The notes beneath the pieces are model-generated. The model was not told where the DNA came from. It worked only from the letters and a program-made list of their open reading frames with translations, and made no database searches. From the sequence record ON286972.1: a DNA stretch of 64,000 nt; one strand, written 5' to 3'. A program made the translations under genes and the position numbers. How positions within the stretch are numbered: position 1 is the first letter of the stretch; the number at the start of each line of letters is the position of its first letter. Below are positions 27,270 through 35,593 of the stretch, piece after piece.

Positions 27270-27890
27270 ATGAGTATGATTCGTGAATGGTCTTCATTCA
27301 ATGATTCACAAATTGTTATGGAACATCGTGATAATGGGCTGGGAGGTCGCGATTGCTATCTTCGTGGTATCGCAATTCAAGCTGACCAGCGTAATTTGAA
27401 CGAAAGAATTTACCCTTTAGCCGAAATTGCTAAAGCTGTTAATAATATGGCTCAACGTTTGGCTAAAGGCGAAAGCATTCTAGTAGAATGTGACCACCCT
27501 GAAACTTTGACTATTAACCTTGACCGTGTAGCAGCAATGATTACTAAAGTCTGGATGGAAGGTTCTAATGGGATGGCAGAAATCAAATTACTTGATACTG
27601 CACATGGTCAAAATATTCGTAAAATGCTCGAAGCAGGTGTAAAACTTGGTGTAAGTTCTCGTGGTTCCGGTAACGTTGATTATAATGGAATAGTTTCTGA
27701 TTTCGAAATTATCACAATTGATATTGTTGCTCAACCTAGTGCTCCCGAAGCGTACCCAACAGCGGTATTTGAGTCTTTGATGAGTAAGTACGGCTCACCT
27801 TGCAATGGACCTAAAAAAATCACAGAATCTAAATCAGTAAATAAACTAGATTCTGAAATTTATGATTTTTTCAAGAAATTAAAAGGTTAA
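27270..27890 (+). CDS. gp21: Prohead protease
   Basis: NLNERIYP, ECDHP, LGVSSRGSG, DIVAQPSAPEAY. Confidence 0.93.
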   Translation: MSMIREWSSFNDSQIVMEHRDNGLGGRDCYLRGIAIQADQRNLNERIYPLAEIAKAVNNMAQRLAKGESILVECDHPETLTINLDRVAAMITKVWMEGSNGMAEIKLLDTAHGQNIRKMLEAGVKLGVSSRGSGNVDYNGIVSDFEIITIDIVAQPSAPEAYPTAVFESLMSKYGSPCNGPKKITESKSVNKLDSEIYDFFKKLKG

Positions 27891-27901
27891 CATTTTAAAA
27901 T

Positions 27902-27909
27902 TATAAATA
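27902..27909 (+). promoter_or_regulatory. T4 late promoter consensus TATAAATA
   Basis: Perfect match upstream of the scaffold gene. Confidence 0.75.
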
Positions 27910-27958
27910 TTTGTATATTTGAAGTACAGATATTTCAGTACTTAAAGGAGAGAACAGA

Positions 27959-29077
27959 ATGTCTAAATTAGAAAAGCTTCTAAAAGAATCATCTCTTTCT
28001 GATGAAGCAAAACAGCTAATTCAGGAAGCATGGAATGAAGAAAAGAACACACTAGCCGCTGAAATGCGTGAAGAAATGAAAGGCCGTTATAAACAAGACC
28101 TAGCTGAACTAACAGAAGGTCTTAACACTATGGTTACTCAAGTTATCGCTGAAGAAATGGGTGCAGTATATGACGAGAAAAAACGTCTCGTTGAAGACCG
28201 CGTTACCCTCCGTAAAACTCTTGGTAACTTCTCTGAATTCGCTAATTCAGTACTAGCTGAAGAAGTTAAACAAATGCGTAACGAACGTAAACTAGTTCAA
28301 GAAAGCCTCGGTAAATTCGTTAATTTCTCTAACGGTATCCTAGCTGAAGAACTAAAAGAATTCCACAGCGAAAAACGTCAACTAGTAGAAGCTCGTGTAA
28401 AACTACTTGCTGAAGGTTCTCGTCAAATTGCAGAAGCACGTAATAACTTTATCAAACGTACCTCTGAAAGTGCTGCTAAATATATTGCAGAAACCACTCA
28501 GAAAAATCTTTACGCTTTGAAACAAGATCTTGCTGAAGCTAAACAAAATATGTTCGGTCGTAAAATCTTTGAAGCATTTGCTCAAGAATTTAATACCAAA
28601 CAATTTAATGAGAATTCACTACTTCGTTCTTTGACTGAATCAATCAAATCTAAAGAAGATGAGATTGCTCAAGTTAAACAAGAACTAAATGAATCTGTTA
28701 ACGCAGTTAAAGAAGTTCAATCAAAACTACGTATCATGGAAGATACACAGGCACGCAATGCGATTATGTCTGAATTGGTTAAGCCTTTGACTAGTCAACA
28801 AAAACAAATTATGGAATCCCTTCTAGCTGCTTCTCCAACAGAAAAGCTTAAAGAAGATTTCAGCAAGTACCATAAGTCTGTACTTAACGGTACTAAAGTA
28901 AATGAATCTGCTACCACTCGTCAAGCAGTTCAACCTTCAGCGAAGAAAACAACCCTAGCAGAAGGTAAAGTAATCACTGGCAACCGTCAGGCTATTGTTG
29001 AAAGCGAAGAAATGACCGCTGACGATATGGCATTCCTAAAAGAACTCGACGTTCTTTCTGGTATCAATAAAAAATAA
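27959..29077 (+). CDS. gp22: Prohead scaffold (core) protein
   Basis: Coiled-coil E/K-rich protein between gp21 and gp23; KIFEAF motif. Confidence 0.85.
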   Translation: MSKLEKLLKESSLSDEAKQLIQEAWNEEKNTLAAEMREEMKGRYKQDLAELTEGLNTMVTQVIAEEMGAVYDEKKRLVEDRVTLRKTLGNFSEFANSVLAEEVKQMRNERKLVQESLGKFVNFSNGILAEELKEFHSEKRQLVEARVKLLAEGSRQIAEARNNFIKRTSESAAKYIAETTQKNLYALKQDLAEAKQNMFGRKIFEAFAQEFNTKQFNENSLLRSLTESIKSKEDEIAQVKQELNESVNAVKEVQSKLRIMEDTQARNAIMSELVKPLTSQQKQIMESLLAASPTEKLKEDFSKYHKSVLNGTKVNESATTRQAVQPSAKKTTLAEGKVITGNRQAIVESEEMTADDMAFLKELDVLSGINKK

Positions 29078-29080
29078 ACA

Positions 29081-29133
29081 TTTTAAAGCATTTTAATAAT
29101 CAATTTTTTCAGTACCATAAATAATAACATACT
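29081..29133 (+). repeat. 53-nt late-promoter module, copy B (contains CATAAATA 29116-29123)
   Basis: Near-identical to 26311-26363; flanked by the inverted repeat TTTTTCAGTA/TACTGAAAAA. Confidence 0.75.
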
Positions 29134-29169
29134 GAAAAACGAATATAACATCTTTAAGGAGATAATATA

Positions 29170-30345
29170 ATGTCACAACTACTAAATGAATCCAAATGGG
29201 TAGCAGTTAAAGAGAAACTAGTTGAAGGTCTTCAAGGTACTCGTAAATCCGTAATGGAAACCGTTCTTGATAACCATCGTAAAGTTATGCTACAAGAATC
29301 TGCAACCGCTGGTGCAACTTCTGCTGGTAACATCGCTACTCTAAACAAAGTGATTCTACCAATTATGCGTCGTGTAATGCCAACCGTTATCGCTAACGAA
29401 ATCATCGGTGTTCAACCAATGACTGGCCCAGTTGGTCAAATCCACACTCTACGTGTTCAATACGCTGACAACGCACCAGGTGTTGTAGCTGGCGAAGAAA
29501 TGCTATCTCCATTCAAGATTGCTAAATCTTACACTGGTGAGCTAAACTCTGACAACAGCAACCCACAAGCTGCTCCTACTAGCCAACTAGAAGGTACTAT
29601 GGGTCGTCGCGTTAACATCCGTATCCTACGTGAAACTGTTGAAGCGAAATCTCGTCGTCTATCTGCACGTTGGACTGTTGAATCTGCACAAGATGCACAA
29701 TCTCAACATGGTATCGACGTTGAAGCTGAACTAATGGCTGCTATCGCACAAGAAGTTACCGTTGAAATCGACCAAGAACTACTAAGCCGTCTACGTGCTC
29801 TACCAGGTGCTGCTGCTGTAACTTATGACCAATCTAAAGTAACTGGCGTTGCTACTTTCGTTGGTGATGAGCACGCTGCTCTAGCTACCCTAATCAACCG
29901 TCAAGCGAACGAAGTTGCTCGTCGTACCAAACGTGGTGCTGCGAACTGGGCTGTTGTTTCCCCAACCGCTCTAACTATTCTACAATCTGCAACTACTTCT
30001 AGCTTTGCACGTACTACTGAAGGTACTTTTGAAGCACCAACTAACGTTAAATTCGTTGGTACTCTAAACAGCACCATGCGTATCTTTGTTGATACCTACG
30101 CAAGTGACGTAGAAGATATTCTAATTGGTTATAAAGGTAATGCAGAAACTGATGCTGGTGTATTCTATTGCCCATACATCCCACTAATGGCATCTGGTAC
30201 TGTTATGGACCCTAACACTGGAGAACTCGTTACAACTTTCTTAACCAGATACGGGTATGTTCAGTTGACCGATAGCACCAGTTCACTAGGTAACGCTGCG
30301 GACTACTACAGCAAAATCGCTATCAAAAACGTTACTTTCATGTAA
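29170..30345 (+). CDS. gp23: Major capsid protein
   Basis: RRVMP..IA.EIIGVQPMTGPVGQIHTLR; VEAKSRRLSARWTVESAQD; YCPYIPL; TRYG; strong codon bias. Confidence 0.97.
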   Translation: MSQLLNESKWVAVKEKLVEGLQGTRKSVMETVLDNHRKVMLQESATAGATSAGNIATLNKVILPIMRRVMPTVIANEIIGVQPMTGPVGQIHTLRVQYADNAPGVVAGEEMLSPFKIAKSYTGELNSDNSNPQAAPTSQLEGTMGRRVNIRILRETVEAKSRRLSARWTVESAQDAQSQHGIDVEAELMAAIAQEVTVEIDQELLSRLRALPGAAAVTYDQSKVTGVATFVGDEHAALATLINRQANEVARRTKRGAANWAVVSPTALTILQSATTSSFARTTEGTFEAPTNVKFVGTLNSTMRIFVDTYASDVEDILIGYKGNAETDAGVFYCPYIPLMASGTVMDPNTGELVTTFLTRYGYVQLTDSTSSLGNAADYYSKIAIKNVTFM

Positions 30346-30367
30346 TAATAAAGAATTTAAATATACT

Positions 30368-30398
30368 AGGGACTCTTCGGAGTCCCTTTTCTTTTTTT
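30368..30398 (+). terminator. Intrinsic terminator after gp23
   Basis: AGGGACTC-TTCG-GAGTCCCT then TTTCTTTTTTT. Confidence 0.95.
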
Positions 30399-30410
30399 CA
30401 GAAAAAAAGC

Positions 30411-30439
30411 TTGACAAGTAGATTTTAATTATATATAAT
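30411..30439 (+). promoter_or_regulatory. Perfect sigma70 promoter TTGACA-N17-TATAAT
   Basis: Exact consensus upstream of the endonuclease gene. Confidence 0.9.
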
Positions 30440-30474
30440 TACCACATACCAAAAATCACAAAGAGACAAATAAA

Positions 30475-31581
30475 ATGCCAAAAGTAAGTATCGACAAAGA
30501 AAAATTCATTGAAGAGATGAACAACAAGTATGGAGCATATGGTGAATTTGATTTCAGCACTTTAGTATTCAAAGCCAGTAAGACAACAGTTAAATGTAAT
30601 AAATGCGGAAAAGAAAATACTAAACCTGCACTACGTCACATTTCATGTACATGTTCTTCATGTTATTCAAACATGTCACAGCGTTCGAACAACGAAAAAT
30701 TTATCAGCACGGTAGAAACTAAATTTGGAAAAGATAAATTCAAATTTGATAAACTAAATTACATTAACGCTATAACAAAAGTAACAATACTCTGTACAGA
30801 CGAAGAACATAACGATTACTTTGAAATTACACCAAACAAATTTCTTACTGGTAAGGGATGTCCTATATGTAATAAAAATGAAGCATACAGTACTGAAGAA
30901 TTCGTAGAAAAAGTAAAAGAAAATTATGGTGATTCATTAGATTTAACTAACACAGTATATGTAAATCAAAAAACTAAAGTAACTGTGTATTGTAAAGCGG
31001 GTAACCATGAATGGACAGTTGATCCGAAAACTTTACTTGTTGGTAAGACTGGTTGTGGTACATGCTCCGGTAAAGGTGGTCGCAGTACTGAACGTTTCAT
31101 TGAACTGGTATCACCTATCCATAACCATAAGTATGATTATAGTTTGGTTGAATATACTATAAGCGAGAATTATGTTGATATTGTATGTCCAACTCATGGT
31201 GTTTTCTCCCAACAACCAAAAGCACATATGGCTGGTAAAGGATGCCCATCATGTGGTGAATATGGATATCAGCCATCAAAACCTGGATATTTCTATGTTC
31301 AAAAACTAACTAATAAAGATAAGACAGTGTACAAGTATGGAATCACTGGCGATATGAAACGCCGTGTAAATGAGCAAAGTCGTCATTCTGATTTTGAACA
31401 CACTGTACTGGTAGAACGTTACTTTGAAGATGGTCATAAACCCTTAGTACTGGAAAAGTTTTTGAAACAATACATTGATAGTGGTGTAGTAACTACTGAA
31501 GAGTTGCCATCAGGATTCACAGAAACTTTTGATGCTAAGTATCTTGAAACAGTACTGGAGATTGTAAATACATTTGAATAA
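30475..31581 (+). CDS. Putative free-standing homing endonuclease: 4 Cys-rich repeats (DUF723-like) plus C-terminal GIY-YIG-like domain
   Basis: Repeated F...Y..Y....KVT..C...H....P...L.G.GC..C units; C-terminal YFYVQK...VYKYGIT. Confidence 0.7.
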   Translation: MPKVSIDKEKFIEEMNNKYGAYGEFDFSTLVFKASKTTVKCNKCGKENTKPALRHISCTCSSCYSNMSQRSNNEKFISTVETKFGKDKFKFDKLNYINAITKVTILCTDEEHNDYFEITPNKFLTGKGCPICNKNEAYSTEEFVEKVKENYGDSLDLTNTVYVNQKTKVTVYCKAGNHEWTVDPKTLLVGKTGCGTCSGKGGRSTERFIELVSPIHNHKYDYSLVEYTISENYVDIVCPTHGVFSQQPKAHMAGKGCPSCGEYGYQPSKPGYFYVQKLTNKDKTVYKYGITGDMKRRVNEQSRHSDFEHTVLVERYFEDGHKPLVLEKFLKQYIDSGVVTTEELPSGFTETFDAKYLETVLEIVNTFE

Positions 31582-31605
31582 ACACTAAGCAGGGAAGCTT
31601 TCACT

Positions 31606-31956
31606 ATGTTAACTGTATACATTTTTAAAAAAGAAGAGTACTTAAAGAGTCAGTACTCAAAAATTGAGATCAATGTTCCTTATGGAACGTTGGTGGGTTA
31701 TGATGAGGCTACGGAGACGTTGTATTACAATGATGATCGTCTGGATTACAGTACTGATCATTTTATAGAAGATATATTGAGTACTGAATCAGAAGACATG
31801 TTGTATGAAGAATATATTGACAAATACAAAGAACGCATGTCGAAGTTACATGCTGATGCTCCAGTACTGAACACTCCTAAAACCCCATCCGAGTTTGATC
31901 CTCAAAATCCATTTCAACGCCTGATAGATGCGGGTGTAAACTTCAGAATTAGTTAA
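31606..31956 (+). CDS. Hypothetical protein
   Basis: 116-aa ORF, acidic, fits the gap. Confidence 0.65.
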   Translation: MLTVYIFKKEEYLKSQYSKIEINVPYGTLVGYDEATETLYYNDDRLDYSTDHFIEDILSTESEDMLYEEYIDKYKERMSKLHADAPVLNTPKTPSEFDPQNPFQRLIDAGVNFRIS

Positions 31957-31986
31957 TAATAAATATCTCCATACTAGGAGATATCT

Positions 31987-32295
31987 ATGTCACAAATATG
32001 TTATGTAATCACTAATAGTGCATGGCCTGAATATGTAAAGATAGGCTTCACTACAAAATCAGAGATGAAAGAGCGTTTAGGTGTTTATCAGACAGCTTCA
32101 CCATTCAGGGATTTTGAGGTATACCATCAGGTTATGTTTGACGATGCACGAACAGCAGAAAAGGAAGTGCATAAGAGATTAAAGCAAATGAATGCAACAA
32201 GGCAACCTAACTCTGAATGGTTCAAGATGCCTAAAAAGTTAGCTGCAAATATTATTGATTCCGTATTGGATGATATGGAAAATGATTTACTATAG
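31987..32295 (+). CDS. T5orf172/GIY-YIG-family protein
   Basis: CYVITN...YVKIGFT...RL...QT.SP.RDF...E..VH......R....EWF. Confidence 0.85.
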   Translation: MSQICYVITNSAWPEYVKIGFTTKSEMKERLGVYQTASPFRDFEVYHQVMFDDARTAEKEVHKRLKQMNATRQPNSEWFKMPKKLAANIIDSVLDDMENDLL

Positions 32296-32296
32296 A

Positions 32297-32304
32297 TATA
32301 AATA
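32297..32304 (+). promoter_or_regulatory. T4 late promoter consensus TATAAATA
   Basis: Perfect match upstream of the tail fibre gene. Confidence 0.75.
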
Positions 32305-32335
32305 TGATATATATTAAACAAAAAAGGATTTTTAC

Positions 32336-33946
32336 ATGAGCATAAGTTTTAATCATCCACAGAATACTGTAACCAGTACTGCGGAAAATGGTTCATTGAA
32401 TCTAATAGTACTAGGTGGTACACCAACTAATCCTCGACCAATTAGAATGAATTCTTCATCGGTAATACTACCTGTTCAGGATTTACCTATTGGTGAAGCA
32501 GGGGCGATAGTATTTGACAAAAACACTCTTACTTTGAAGTATCATGATGGTACGAACTGGATTGAAATGTTAAGTGCTGCCGATGTAGTTGCACCAATTG
32601 AACAACAGATTCAGGATATCAATTCTATACTTGGAACTAAGGTTGATAGAGTAACCTATTCAATGTCATCAATTCCAACTGCTTCTATTAGCGGAACTAC
32701 ATTGAATATTATATTCCCAACACCTTCATCAATTCAAGGAGCTAATGGTTTGTACACGAGTGCTAAACCTGGATGTATTATGCATTATAGCTTGACATCT
32801 GGACAAACCGTTGCTAGTATACGTGAACAAATGTCGGGTAGTACTGGTGGACAGAGTGGTCGTGACGGCTCCCAAGCTAAACCGTGGAAAACATCCGATG
32901 GTTGGTGTTTTGCTGATGGTATGTGGTGGCAGTGGCAAGGTGCTAATGGTACAATAACCAAACAAGTACCAAACTTGAACCGTGATGGATATTTAAGAAG
33001 TATCACCACTAGTGGTATAACCAAAACTGACGCAATTATTGCAGGTGGTGGTTCATTAACACCGAGTACTTTCACTATTCCAGACCACATTCATGGGACT
33101 GGTAAAATGTTAGGTACTAACGGTAGTGATGCGGATGATGCTGTTTTCATTAGTGGTAGAGCATGGAATGATGGCAGAGGCTATCGTGGTCCTGCAATCT
33201 TTGGTGATAAGAATGCCCGTATGGAGTTTAGTGTAGATGGTAATAATGCAGCAACTGCATTATCAACTTCACAACCAATTTATGATGATGCGAATGCCCG
33301 CACAATAACCCATAACCATACAGTAACAGGTATTGACGTACCACACTTTAACACTGCAATTTTGTATAACATTTCCGAACCATCAGTTGCGATGAGCGAA
33401 AATACTGCAAATGATCGTTTTGTTCGTAAAACTGGTGATACAATGTCTGGTGAATTATACATTGCTAACCGTGCTGGTATTCGTGGTGGTGGTGATTTGT
33501 ACTTATTCTTCCAGAACGCTAGTGGTGGTGAACGTGCAGCAGTATACTTCCAAGGTAATGAACTAAGACTTCGTGCTGGTGGTGGTGCTGTAACAGTTAA
33601 CAGTGGTGGTTCTTTGTATATTCCAGGTTCATTAACAGTTAACGCAGCATCAGCAACTGTCGGAACGAAACATATAGTACGTTCTGTTAACGGCTCAACT
33701 GCTGGTTCTGATGGTAATGTAAATATATCTGTCGGATCAGTACAAGATGTACGTTTTTTCAATCAAGATTATTATTGGCCGGGTGGTAATGAGTTATCAT
33801 GGCACTTTGTGTGTCCATCAGGTGCAGTACTAAGTGGTATAAATGTACAAGATGTTGGTAAAAACTCTGCTGATAACATTGGTGGTGTGAATTATAAATT
33901 TATACAAATTTTGGTTGATGGTAGCTGGAGAAATATAAACGGATAA
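32336..33946 (+). CDS. Tail fibre protein
   Basis: G/S/T-rich; collar-like GWCFADG...VPNL; FVRKTGDTMSG; VRSVNG...DGNV; C-terminal VQDVR...CPSGAVLSGINVQD...YKFIQILVDGSWRNING of the enterobacterial phage fibre-tip type. Confidence 0.85.
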   Translation: MSISFNHPQNTVTSTAENGSLNLIVLGGTPTNPRPIRMNSSSVILPVQDLPIGEAGAIVFDKNTLTLKYHDGTNWIEMLSAADVVAPIEQQIQDINSILGTKVDRVTYSMSSIPTASISGTTLNIIFPTPSSIQGANGLYTSAKPGCIMHYSLTSGQTVASIREQMSGSTGGQSGRDGSQAKPWKTSDGWCFADGMWWQWQGANGTITKQVPNLNRDGYLRSITTSGITKTDAIIAGGGSLTPSTFTIPDHIHGTGKMLGTNGSDADDAVFISGRAWNDGRGYRGPAIFGDKNARMEFSVDGNNAATALSTSQPIYDDANARTITHNHTVTGIDVPHFNTAILYNISEPSVAMSENTANDRFVRKTGDTMSGELYIANRAGIRGGGDLYLFFQNASGGERAAVYFQGNELRLRAGGGAVTVNSGGSLYIPGSLTVNAASATVGTKHIVRSVNGSTAGSDGNVNISVGSVQDVRFFNQDYYWPGGNELSWHFVCPSGAVLSGINVQDVGKNSADNIGGVNYKFIQILVDGSWRNING

Positions 33947-33949
33947 TTT

Positions 33950-34405
33950 ATGATAACTTTAAAAAATTTTAAATCATATGAAGGTAATGACCCTAAATTA
34001 AAAAAATTAAATGTTGCTTTTTTAATTTCAGAATGTGGAATGGATTGGTATGATTCTCAAAAATTATTTTCCGAAAATACAATGAAAATTGTGGTTGATA
34101 AAAATAATATAGTTTGCAATGCAACACGTGATATTACTATGATGTATCCAGTGGATGCTAGTGTATATGAAATTGAATATGATGGTGATGGACATGAACT
34201 AAGAGGAAAAATATATCATGAAGAAGATGGCACTTTTTCTGAAAGACCACCTCGTAAACCTACCCCACAACAAATATTCAATGATTTGAGTGAACGTAAA
34301 AAAGTACTGGACATGAAGAAAGAATTCGATATGTTGAGCACTGAAGAAGCTGCTGAGTACGAGAAGCTAATCTCTGATCTTAAAGAAGTACTAAATCTAC
34401 TATAA
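33950..34405 (+). CDS. Tail fibre assembly chaperone 1
   Basis: MITLKNFKSY...FLISECGMDWYDSQK...DASVYE pattern; directly follows the fibre gene. Confidence 0.75.
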   Translation: MITLKNFKSYEGNDPKLKKLNVAFLISECGMDWYDSQKLFSENTMKIVVDKNNIVCNATRDITMMYPVDASVYEIEYDGDGHELRGKIYHEEDGTFSERPPRKPTPQQIFNDLSERKKVLDMKKEFDMLSTEEAAEYEKLISDLKEVLNLL

Positions 34406-34410
34406 TACAT

Positions 34411-34451
34411 AAAATAGACATACTACTCATTTAGGTAGTGTGTCTATTTTT
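34411..34451 (+). terminator. Intrinsic terminator (16-bp stem)
   Basis: AAAATAGACATACTAC-TCATTTAG-GTAGTGTGTCTATTTT. Confidence 0.85.
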
Positions 34452-34605
34452 ATCCCTTTAAATTGGATGTATTTTTATTAAATTAAAATAAATATCAATG
34501 CTTATGTACAGAGTAGAAAACTATTAAGTACAGTGCTCTATTTTGTTTATAAGTTTTTTTATTTTATTTTTAATAATTTACAGTCAAAAGAGGGGTTTTA
34601 TATAC

Positions 34606-35103
34606 ATGTTAATTTATAGAGGTTGGGAACAGTATTATCCAGAATCTGAATATTCATTTTCATTTTATAGAGATGAAAATGGCAATGATTGGTATGAATT
34701 GCGTGATGAATTAATGAAATTGTCCAATGTTTGTGGTTTTCTTGTAGCTTATCGCGGGGATGGAGATCCAAATAATAATTACATCGCCAGTGCTAGTTCG
34801 GAAATTGATAGACTCTCTCCTGTAAATCATGATTTGTATATTGTAGATATAAGTATCATACCTGATGATTTCTTAGAGAATCCGTGGAATTATATGTTGT
34901 ATAATGATACAATAGTTCCAAATGCAATCATGCGACAACAAGAAATAGACATGGCAGTTCGTTGGGCTGATGAAGAAATCAAGATGCTAACGACCCCACG
35001 CTTACTTCAAGCTTATCTAGCAGAAGTTCGTGCATACCGTGCAGAACTGTTGGCAATAGATTTAAATGAAACCCCATTTATTGATTTACCATTCAGACCA
35101 TAA
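34606..35103 (+). CDS. Tail fibre assembly chaperone 2 (putative)
   Basis: Start reassigned to ATG 34606; FYRDENGNDWYE...RLSP...; C-terminal YLAEVRAYRAELLAID...P.RP as in Tfa-type chaperones; AATAAATA at 34487. Confidence 0.65.
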   Translation: MLIYRGWEQYYPESEYSFSFYRDENGNDWYELRDELMKLSNVCGFLVAYRGDGDPNNNYIASASSEIDRLSPVNHDLYIVDISIIPDDFLENPWNYMLYNDTIVPNAIMRQQEIDMAVRWADEEIKMLTTPRLLQAYLAEVRAYRAELLAIDLNETPFIDLPFRP

Positions 35104-35109
35104 AATTTT

Positions 35110-35138
35110 TGGGACACATTGAGAAGTACTGATATAAT
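35110..35138 (+). promoter_or_regulatory. Phage-class promoter TGGGACA-N16-TATAAT
   Basis: Upstream of the DsbA-like and DNA polymerase genes. Confidence 0.75.
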
Positions 35139-35140
35139 AG

Positions 35141-35182
35141 AGACATTCCACGAGGAACATTGTGGAGTGTCTATTTTTTTTT
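35141..35182 (+). terminator. Intrinsic terminator overlapping the predicted transcription start
   Basis: AGACATTCCAC-GAGGAACATT-GTGGAGTGTCT then ATTTTTTTTT. Confidence 0.75.
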
Positions 35183-35205
35183 CATTAACACATGGAGATA
35201 CAACA

Positions 35206-35508
35206 ATGGCTAAGTCTAAAAAAGAAGCAAAAGTAGAAATTCGTGACCTAAACGACGAACAACGTAAACGTCTAAGTGATGGTCTAAACAATGCAGTGGT
35301 ACAGCTAACCTTTATTGATGATACCAAAGCTTCCTATACTGATTTCATCAACTCTCTTTCTGATGAGCTAGGTATTGATGCATCCGATATCAAACAAGCT
35401 GCACAACGCATTTACAAAGGCGATTACTTTGATAAGCAAAACAAACTAGACAACATCGAAACTATCCTAAGCGTAACTAATAATCTACCACAAGCTGATG
35501 ATTATTAA
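35206..35508 (+). CDS. dsDNA-binding protein, T4 DsbA-like
   Basis: Start ATG 35206 (GGAG SD); SDELGIDASDIKQAAQRIYK.D resembles DsbA KDELGVDGKMFNRLLALYHKD. Confidence 0.6.
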   Translation: MAKSKKEAKVEIRDLNDEQRKRLSDGLNNAVVQLTFIDDTKASYTDFINSLSDELGIDASDIKQAAQRIYKGDYFDKQNKLDNIETILSVTNNLPQADDY

Positions 35509-35533
35509 TCAGTACTGAATACTTAAAAATTTA

Positions 35534-35562
35534 TGAGCCTCCAATGTTGGGGGCTTTTATTT
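35534..35562 (+). terminator. Intrinsic terminator
   Basis: AGCCTCCAA-TG-TTGGGGGCT then TTTATTTT. Confidence 0.65.
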
Positions 35563-35593
35563 TAACTTAATACAATGTAAAGGAATACAATAG

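Noticed and set aside
33280-33762. 160-aa antisense ORF
   Set aside because: Mirror of the G/S/T-rich tail fibre; no translation signals.
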